Assembly: GCA_038891035.1 (NCBI GenBank)
Contig: JAWAEW010000001.1
Coordinates: forward strand, 7,262-71,261
Reading direction: 5' to 3'
DNA from: Candidatus Anstonellaceae archaeon
Lineage (GTDB): Archaea; Micrarchaeota; Micrarchaeia; Anstonellales; Anstonellaceae
DNA: 64,000 nt
Position 1 is the stretch's first letter, and each line of letters begins with the position of its first letter. A model generated the notes under the pieces. That model was not told where the DNA came from, made no database searches, and saw nothing but the letters and a program-made list of their open reading frames with translations. Shown in pieces: positions 57,475-64,000 of the stretch. Made by a program: the position numbers and the translations under genes.

Positions 57475-58704
57475 TTAAAATTCCTCCAGCGTTGTCTGGC
57501 TTTCTTTCTTCTGCGAAAATATTATTATTTGCCCATACTCCCCATCAAACCCCGCAATTTTTCTCACCTTGCCCTCCCGTACCATCTTTATGCCTTCAGC
57601 CAGCCTTTTGCCTGCATGGCGAGCAATAAGCTCATATGGTGCATGAAGCGCAGCAAGTTCGCTGCCAAATATCTTTACCAAGTGGAAATATTCTCTTTCC
57701 ACGCTTTTTGAAATTAGGTTTTTCCCCATCGCTTGCGCAATTATCTCTTTAAGCGGCACCAGATTTTCGAACGGAACTGCATTTCTTGGCACAAAACCTT
57801 CAGGTCGGTCTGCAAGCTGTTCCACTCTGTTTAACACTCCTATAGTCAGAGGCTTTCTGCAGACCGGGCATATCCCGCCGTGTTTCTTTGTCTCTTCTGG
57901 TGAAAAGCTCACTTTGCAGTTGCGGTGCCCATCAAAATGGTATTTGCCCTCCTCTGGGTAAAACTCAAAGGTGCAGGCAATCTTTCTTTTCTCCTTGTAT
58001 CTTATAGCTTCGTAAAGCTCATCATAAGTAAGCCGATCCAACTCAAAAACAGTAGCTTCCCTACCTATTTTTTCAGGTGAGTGGGAATCAGAATTCGAAA
58101 GAAGCTGCACTCGGTCAAGCTGCGAAAGCCTCCAATTCATTGCCGGATCAGAAGAAAGTCCGGTTTCAATTGCATATATTTTATTTTCATATTCGGCAAA
58201 GCACTCTTTTAGCGAGTCAAAGCCGCTTTTTGACCCAAAGACCGAAAACCACGGAGTCCATGCGTGCGCAGGGATAATAAGGTTTTTTTGTGAAATCTCA
58301 AACACAATTTCACAAAGTTCAACAGCGCTGAGTAAGAGAGTAGGCCGTCCGTCTGCAAGAAGGTTCCCATACTTTGCCAATGACTCGTTTATTTGGCGAG
58401 CAACTTCAATTGAAGGGCACAAGAGCACAAGATGTACTTTGCGCATTTTGGCCTGTTGTTCATACACGCATGAGATTTCAGCGGAAAGGCAAAATCGTGT
58501 ATCTTTGTACTGCAAAAACCCGCAATCAAGGCAAATCGCTTTGCTTTCAATCTCATCAAGCCATTTTGGATTGGTGAAGTCTCCGCTTCCAAGCAGGTCT
58601 ATACCCTTGATTTTTGCCCACTCAGAAAGGCTTTCCAGCCCCATTTCAGCAGAAGTTGCCCTTGAGTACTTTGAGTGAAGGTGCAAATCCGCAACTACTT
58701 TCAT
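57475..58704 (-). CDS. endoQ: Endonuclease Q
   Basis: DLHLHSKYSRATS, PAHAWTP, ETGLSSD, NSDSHS, GKYH..GHRNC, CPVC. C-terminal PIP box QTTLEEF. Confidence 0.88.
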   Translation of the reverse strand: MKVVADLHLHSKYSRATSAEMGLESLSEWAKIKGIDLLGSGDFTNPKWLDEIESKAICLDCGFLQYKDTRFCLSAEISCVYEQQAKMRKVHLVLLCPSIEVARQINESLAKYGNLLADGRPTLLLSAVELCEIVFEISQKNLIIPAHAWTPWFSVFGSKSGFDSLKECFAEYENKIYAIETGLSSDPAMNWRLSQLDRVQLLSNSDSHSPEKIGREATVFELDRLTYDELYEAIRYKEKRKIACTFEFYPEEGKYHFDGHRNCKVSFSPEETKKHGGICPVCRKPLTIGVLNRVEQLADRPEGFVPRNAVPFENLVPLKEIIAQAMGKNLISKSVEREYFHLVKIFGSELAALHAPYELIARHAGKRLAEGIKMVREGKVRKIAGFDGEYGQIIIFSQKKESQTTLEEF

Positions 58705-58787
58705 TTACCCCCTATCCTCTTTTGACGCTGAGCTTTTTAATTGATGGCTGCACTACTGATTTTAAAGCCCTCTTTCTACCTTTTATT

Positions 58788-59855
58788 ATGGCAAATATCT
58801 TTTCATCAATTGCAGGAAAAGATAGAATATTCAAAAATGAGGCAGCACTGCTTCCTGATTTTCTTCCTCAGCAACTGCCTGGAAGAGAAAAAGAAATTAG
58901 GCAGCTTGCATATTGCCTTCTTCCGGTTTCGCAAAATCGCCAGCCTCAGCATGCCCTCTTAATAGGGCCTCCCGGAACTGGCAAGACTTCAGTTGCCAAA
59001 TGGGTGCTTCAGCAGCTTGAGCAATACACAGCCTACGCCTGCCCACTTTACCTAAATTGCTGGGAATATTCCTCGCGCTTTTCTGTCCTTTCTGCACTTG
59101 CAGACGCTCTAAAAGAGCCCATGCCTAGAAGAGGGATTGCAGCGGATGAAGTTTTCAGCAGGGTTGTTGAGATTGCAAAAAAGGAAAAAAAGATTCCTGT
59201 AGTGGTTTTGGACGAGGTGGATCGGCTTCATGCATCTTCAGAAGGCGTGCAGGTCCTTTATGATCTGTGTCGAGCAGTAGAAGCCTACCAATTAAAGGCA
59301 GCAGTCATTGCAATTACCAACGATGAAGATTTTCATGCCAAACTGGATGCCAGAATTCGCTCATCTTTTGTGCAGAATACCATGATTTTTTCTCCATATA
59401 CGGTTGCTCAGCTCAAAGAAATACTTGCAAGTCGCGCCCAGCTTGCATTTGACCCACTTGCAATAGATCAAGAAGTGGTTGCATTGTGTGCAGCAATTGC
59501 TTTCAAAAGAGGAGGCGACGCAAGGGTTGCACTCTCGCTGTTACACCGAGCAGGTCAGCATGCCGAACGCGAAGGAGCATCAAAAGTCAGCATAACCCAT
59601 GTAAGGCAAGCCGAAGCTTCGCTTCATGCTTCAAAAGCAGAAAGGAAATTTGAAGAGCTGGACGAGCTTGAAAAAAGGATAGTAGAAGCGGCAAAAGAAG
59701 GAATCCTGTCGGGGGAGCTTTATACCAAACTCTCTGCGATTGCGCAAGAGAGGGCAATAAGAAACAGGATAGAAAAGCTTGTCAAGAGTGGCATACTTGT
59801 CACAGAAGAGGTTAGAATTGGCAAAGGAAAGACAAGAAAGATAAAAATAGCTTAA
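58788..59855 (+). CDS. cdc6: Cdc6/Orc1 replication initiator
   Basis: [40 protein letters not shown]. Confidence 0.9.
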   Translation: MANIFSSIAGKDRIFKNEAALLPDFLPQQLPGREKEIRQLAYCLLPVSQNRQPQHALLIGPPGTGKTSVAKWVLQQLEQYTAYACPLYLNCWEYSSRFSVLSALADALKEPMPRRGIAADEVFSRVVEIAKKEKKIPVVVLDEVDRLHASSEGVQVLYDLCRAVEAYQLKAAVIAITNDEDFHAKLDARIRSSFVQNTMIFSPYTVAQLKEILASRAQLAFDPLAIDQEVVALCAAIAFKRGGDARVALSLLHRAGQHAEREGASKVSITHVRQAEASLHASKAERKFEELDELEKRIVEAAKEGILSGELYTKLSAIAQERAIRNRIEKLVKSGILVTEEVRIGKGKTRKIKIA

Positions 59856-61090
59856 TGTCCTTTTATCTTCTTTACTGCAAGGTCTAAGCTTACCGTTTCT
59901 TCTTTGCCGCTTTCAAGTTCCCTCAAAGTTATCGTCCTAGTCTGTTCTTCTCGTTGCCCCAAAATTGCAGCCCACTTGCAGTAGCTTGCAGCATACTCAA
60001 GCTGCTTTGCAAGGTTCCGCTCATTTAAATCAGTTTGTGCAGAAATGCCTGCTGCTCTAAGTGCAGAAGCGACTTTTATTGCGTAAGGATAAACTTCTGG
60101 CTTGGCAGTTGCAACAAATACCCCGTTTTTGGGAAGCTGCTTGTCCTTCATCAGCCAAAGCAAACGCTCCAAACCCAAGGATATACCAACTGCAAAATCT
60201 CCTTGCCCATAAAAAGAAAGAAGACTGTCGTATCTTCCGCCTCCTCCAACTGAACCTATCTGGTCAGAAAGTTTTATTTCAAATATCGGGCCAGTATAGT
60301 AATCTAATCCCCTTGCAAGGGAAAGGTCAATTTCAACATTTATGTCTTTTGAGTAATAAGCAACCAGCTCAATTATCTTTTCAAGGTCGGCCGCAGCTTT
60401 TTTGTCATATTGTTGTGCCAACTTGAGTTTTTCTTGCGTGCTTGAACTTGCCGTAAGCGTTTCAACAAGCTCTTTTGCAGATTGTCCAGATACTCCAAGC
60501 CCCATCAACATCCTCAAAATTTCATGCTTGCCCACCTTATCTTTCTTGTCCAGCACTCTAAGAACTTGGGTCTCCTTTTGTGGAAGAATGCTTTTTGCAA
60601 TTGCAGATATCACCCTTCTGTCATTCAAAAGCACTCTGGGCCCAGAAAACCCCAATGCCTCAATTGCAGTGCATGCTGCAGCAATAAGCTCTGCCTCTGC
60701 TCTCATGCTGGCGCATCCGATAATATCTGCATCTGCCTGATAAAATTCTCTGAATCTACCTTTTTGAGGCTCTTCTTTCCTCCAAACAGGTCCAATACAA
60801 TACCTTTTTAGTGGCTTTTTGAAAGTATTTGTGGAAGCAATTCTTGCAAGTGGAACCGTAAGGTCAAACCTGAGGGCAAGTTTTCCGTCGTCTATCCTGA
60901 AAAGCTGACCCTTTATCTCCTCCCCGCACTTTTTTTCAAGGGTTTCTACATTCTCAAGTGCAGGGCTGTCCATAGGGACAAAGCCAAAAGAGCGGTAAAC
61001 TGACTTTATCGTCTCTATTGCCCACTCGCGCTTGACCATCTCCTGCGGAAGAAAATCCCTCATGCCTTTTGGGGCAGAGTAATCCATCAT
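59852..61090 (-). CDS. hisS: Histidyl-tRNA synthetase
   Basis: PKGMRDF, LRFDLT, PQKGRFREFYQ, RGLDYYTG, GGGRYD. Confidence 0.96.
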   Translation of the reverse strand: MMDYSAPKGMRDFLPQEMVKREWAIETIKSVYRSFGFVPMDSPALENVETLEKKCGEEIKGQLFRIDDGKLALRFDLTVPLARIASTNTFKKPLKRYCIGPVWRKEEPQKGRFREFYQADADIIGCASMRAEAELIAAACTAIEALGFSGPRVLLNDRRVISAIAKSILPQKETQVLRVLDKKDKVGKHEILRMLMGLGVSGQSAKELVETLTASSSTQEKLKLAQQYDKKAAADLEKIIELVAYYSKDINVEIDLSLARGLDYYTGPIFEIKLSDQIGSVGGGGRYDSLLSFYGQGDFAVGISLGLERLLWLMKDKQLPKNGVFVATAKPEVYPYAIKVASALRAAGISAQTDLNERNLAKQLEYAASYCKWAAILGQREEQTRTITLRELESGKEETVSLDLAVKKIKGH

Positions 61091-61091
61091 C

Positions 61092-61400
61092 TCACTTCAA
61101 GTTGGACAAAATCCAGCCTTTTAAGGTTTCTTTAGTTGCTGCTCCAACACGACTTGCAACGATTTTGCCGTCCTTTAAAAGCACAAGAGTTGGTATGGAT
61201 GAAATTCCAAAACTTTCAGCAAGCTCTGGTTCCTCATCTACATTCACTTTTCCAAACTTGACTTCCTTCATCTCGGCAGAAAGTGCTTCAAGAATAGGCG
61301 CAACCATCCTGCAAGGGCCGCACCATGGCGCCCAAAAATCAACAAGCACAGCCCCACTCTTGGTCTCATTTTCAAAATTTTTCTTGCCAAGTTCAAGCAT
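61092..61400 (-). CDS. trxA: Thioredoxin
   Basis: WAPWCGPC, SIPT. Confidence 0.96.
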   Translation of the reverse strand: MLELGKKNFENETKSGAVLVDFWAPWCGPCRMVAPILEALSAEMKEVKFGKVNVDEEPELAESFGISSIPTLVLLKDGKIVASRVGAATKETLKGWILSNLK

Positions 61401-61433
61401 TTAAACACCCACAAACTTTTGAAAGCTCATATT

Positions 61434-61937
61434 TTATTTTGCTTTGCCTGCTTCAGCCAATTCACCCTGGCTTATGCCAAAATATGCTTTGAATTTTTCA
61501 GTAGTAAAAAGTGCCCGACTTCTTCCTTCCTTCTTTTGAACTAAAAAGCCTTTGGAAGAAAGCTCTGCCACATCTTTATATATTCCTGAGCCAAGTCTGG
61601 CTGCAAGAACTGATTTTTTTATCCCTTCGTTTTTTGCAATATACGCAAGCGTGCGCAAGGCATGTCTGCTGATTTCTCCTTCTTTTGCAACATCTTTGAC
61701 AAATCCAACATAAGCAGGCCTCAGCCTCATTATGTACTTACCTTCTTCAACTGCAATTTCAATTGCGCTTCCACTTTCGGTGTACCTTTTAGCAAGCGAA
61801 TCCAATTTCTCTGCTATATAACCTGGAGCAGCCACCCCAACTAATTTGGAAAGCTCTGCAATCGAAAGCGGGCGGCTGCTCATGAAGAGCGCAGCCTCGA
61901 TTATCCTCTCAGCCTCCTTTTCATCCATTTCAACCAC
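61434..61937 (-). CDS. scpB: Segregation/condensation protein B
   Basis: IEAALF, LRTLAYIA, TTEKFKAYFG. Confidence 0.9.
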   Translation of the reverse strand: MVEMDEKEAERIIEAALFMSSRPLSIAELSKLVGVAAPGYIAEKLDSLAKRYTESGSAIEIAVEEGKYIMRLRPAYVGFVKDVAKEGEISRHALRTLAYIAKNEGIKKSVLAARLGSGIYKDVAELSSKGFLVQKKEGRSRALFTTEKFKAYFGISQGELAEAGKAK

Positions 61938-62682
61938 CGCCTTCCCCTTCCACCACTTTTATAAAAATCTCACCAAAAAACTTTTCCTGAAAAAGTAGCA
62001 CTTTTCCTGCTTGTGCCAAATGAAGCAAAGGGAGCAGAACTGATACTATCTCCACTGGAGTCTTTTCAGAAAGCAACGAAGAAAAAGTTGCCCGACCTTC
62101 AGAGTCTTTTTCTTTCAAAATTCTCTGAAATATCTCATCCATTTTTTGCTCTATGTTGAATTCCGGAAGCTGAAGATTTATCACAGGTTGAATTTCTAAT
62201 CTTTTTGCCTTTTCCTCTCTCTTTTTTTGCTCCTCAAATGCCTGCTCCATTGCAACCAAAAGCTCATCTAGTGTAACCATCCTTTTTGGAGGGATTCTGG
62301 TTTTCAGCTCAAGCACAGGTATTACTTCAGGTTCAGTCTCCCCTCCAACATAAGTTTCTTCCACAGCCTCCTGAGCTTCTTCCTCGAACTTCAATGCGTA
62401 GGCTTTGAACCGCACCAAAATTGCAGCAGCCAAAATCAGGTTTGCAGGGACGCGCAAATCCAAAAGTTCCATGTTTTTTATTCTTTCAATGTAACTGCCA
62501 GTTATCTCAACAATATCAATATTCCAAGGATCAAGTTTCTTTGCAGCCACAAGTTCGATTAGAAGCTCTCTCCAGGTTGGCAAAGCAACAATCTTTTCCA
62601 GCTTTATATCTTGGGTCTCAAAAGAGGAAGTAGATACGTCCTCATGCTCTTCTTCTATTTCCTCTTCCTCCGATTTGCCCAT
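61930..62682 (-). CDS. scpA: Segregation/condensation protein A (kleisin)
   Basis: LDPWNIDI, AAILVRFKA, VTLDELL, LPLLHLA..Q..FFGEI. Confidence 0.9.
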   Translation of the reverse strand: MGKSEEEEIEEEHEDVSTSSFETQDIKLEKIVALPTWRELLIELVAAKKLDPWNIDIVEITGSYIERIKNMELLDLRVPANLILAAAILVRFKAYALKFEEEAQEAVEETYVGGETEPEVIPVLELKTRIPPKRMVTLDELLVAMEQAFEEQKKREEKAKRLEIQPVINLQLPEFNIEQKMDEIFQRILKEKDSEGRATFSSLLSEKTPVEIVSVLLPLLHLAQAGKVLLFQEKFFGEIFIKVVEGEGGG

Positions 62683-62774
62683 GCAACAAATAAAGCGCTT
62701 TTGCTTATATTTTTTTGGCAAACAATATAGGTGGGCTTAAAAATTAGCCCTATGCAGTATTCAGCAGTGGTTGA

Positions 62775-63263
62775 ATGGCAGAAAAATCATTTGAGGAGCT
62801 CAAAGAGCAGACACTCAAAGAAGGAGGGTTTTACTGCATCCTTTATTTTGACTTACATGCGCAAAGCGCAGAGGCGGTGAAGAACCTGATGGTAGGCTTC
62901 ATAAGCAAGCTTACGGCAGAACCAGGAGTCATATACGCAGTAGGTGAAATAGACCAGCCGATGCAAAAAGAGAACCTTTTTTCCACCTGGGCAGAAGTCA
63001 AGCTGCTTGCAAGGGACTTTTCTTCCATAGTTAAGATTTGTACTCTCTATTCCCCTATCGGAGTCGAAATTTTAGAGCCCCATCAAGTTAGGCTTTCGCT
63101 TGCAGAGGCCCAAAGTATTCTGCTTGACATATCACAAACAAGCTTGGGCTTCACCAAAATGATAATGGAAAGAGTGCTCTCAAAGGAAGAGCTTGAACAA
63201 TACAAAAAGAAAATTGAGCAAAGGGCAGAGCTTGGGAAAAAACTTTTGCAGCAAAAGAAGTAG
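62775..63263 (+). CDS. Conserved-looking hypothetical protein
   Basis: 162 aa, YSPIGVEILEP motif, coiled C-terminus. Confidence 0.6.
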   Translation: MAEKSFEELKEQTLKEGGFYCILYFDLHAQSAEAVKNLMVGFISKLTAEPGVIYAVGEIDQPMQKENLFSTWAEVKLLARDFSSIVKICTLYSPIGVEILEPHQVRLSLAEAQSILLDISQTSLGFTKMIMERVLSKEELEQYKKKIEQRAELGKKLLQQKK

Positions 63264-63271
63264 GTGTAATT

Positions 63272-63979
63272 ATGGAAGCATCAAAAGTCAAATCCGGGAT
63301 TCCTGGCCTAGACAAGATGCTTGGCGGCGGTTTCCCAAAAAACAGCGTAATTGCAGTTTCAGGTGGCACTGGCTCGGGCAGAACCACTTTTGTATTTCAA
63401 TTCCTTGCTGCAGGAGCGCTTGAGTATGATGAGCCAGGGTTGTTTTTGTCATTCGATGAGCAGAAAGGCTCAATATATTCGCACTTGGCTTCTTTTGGCT
63501 GGGATTTGATGGAGCTTGAAAAAAAGCAGCAGGTAATCTTCATCGAATACCCTCAAAATGAGCTTTCCTCATTTGTGGAGCAAGAAGGAGCCCTGCGCGA
63601 CCTAATAGAAACTCTTGGAATCAAGCGCGTCGCAATTGATTCAATCACACCTTATGCGATGCTTTATACCAACCCCGAAGAGCGTCGTACAAACACTTTG
63701 AAACTCGTTTCCGCAATAAGAGGATGGAAAACGGTTTCTTTGATCTCTGCAGAAGATGTGCCAGGCTCAGCCGCAGTTTTCCCCCACACAATTTCAGGGG
63801 TGGAATCATTTGCAGACGGGTTTATCCACATCTCTTTCCTTAGAGAAGGAAAAGTAAGGCACAGGACAGTAGAAGTAATAAAAATGAGGGGATGCAAGCA
63901 CGAGCACGAGGTCCGCCTTGCATGGATTACAGAAAAAGGTTTCGTGATTGCAGATGAAGAGAAAAAAAGGAGAGCTTAA
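63272..63979 (+). CDS. KaiC/RecA-superfamily ATPase (single domain)
   Basis: SGIPGLDKMLGGG, GGTGSGRT, IDS, ADG, IKMRG. Confidence 0.9.
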   Translation: MEASKVKSGIPGLDKMLGGGFPKNSVIAVSGGTGSGRTTFVFQFLAAGALEYDEPGLFLSFDEQKGSIYSHLASFGWDLMELEKKQQVIFIEYPQNELSSFVEQEGALRDLIETLGIKRVAIDSITPYAMLYTNPEERRTNTLKLVSAIRGWKTVSLISAEDVPGSAAVFPHTISGVESFADGFIHISFLREGKVRHRTVEVIKMRGCKHEHEVRLAWITEKGFVIADEEKKRRA

Positions 63980-64000
63980 ATGGCAGGAAATCAAATAGAT

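Noticed and set aside
58705-58787. Replication origin directly upstream of cdc6
   Set aside because: Only about 80 bp of intergenic DNA and no ORB-like repeats.
62733-62750. Inverted repeat GGGCT-N8-AGCCC between scpA and the divergent operon
   Set aside because: Five-bp arms in a single copy are not enough evidence.

Overview
Gene-dense archaeal chromosomal segment, most likely from a DPANN archaeon of the Micrarchaeota type. That placement is an inference from the archaeal histone, Cdc6/Orc1, Sm, EF-1beta, L41e, GGTGA ribosome-binding sites, very short intergenic spaces, multi-intron tRNA, bacterial-type MetK and Cys-rich surface lipoproteins. Most of the window is housekeeping and metabolic genes, plus five tRNAs (three with introns) and an RNase P RNA. 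No CRISPR array, transposase or integrase was seen. Highlights: (1) an identical 16-bp perfect palindrome upstream of both metK and an operon encoding an HTH-CBS regulator, a candidate SAM/adenosyl-sensing regulon; (2) an elongator tRNA-Met with two introns, the larger carrying box C/D-like motifs and an antisense element positioned to guide methylation of its own C34; (3) a 400-bp non-coding locus with three 62-bp hairpin repeats, ORB-like cores and an AT-rich tract, a candidate replication origin; (4) a HerA-like ATPase coupled to a lytic-transglycosylase gene; (5) a decayed carotenoid cassette beside tRNA-Arg; (6) several intact but catalytically degenerate enzyme homologues and a solo Cas2/VapD-like gene. 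All calls come from reading motifs by eye, and no database search was run.
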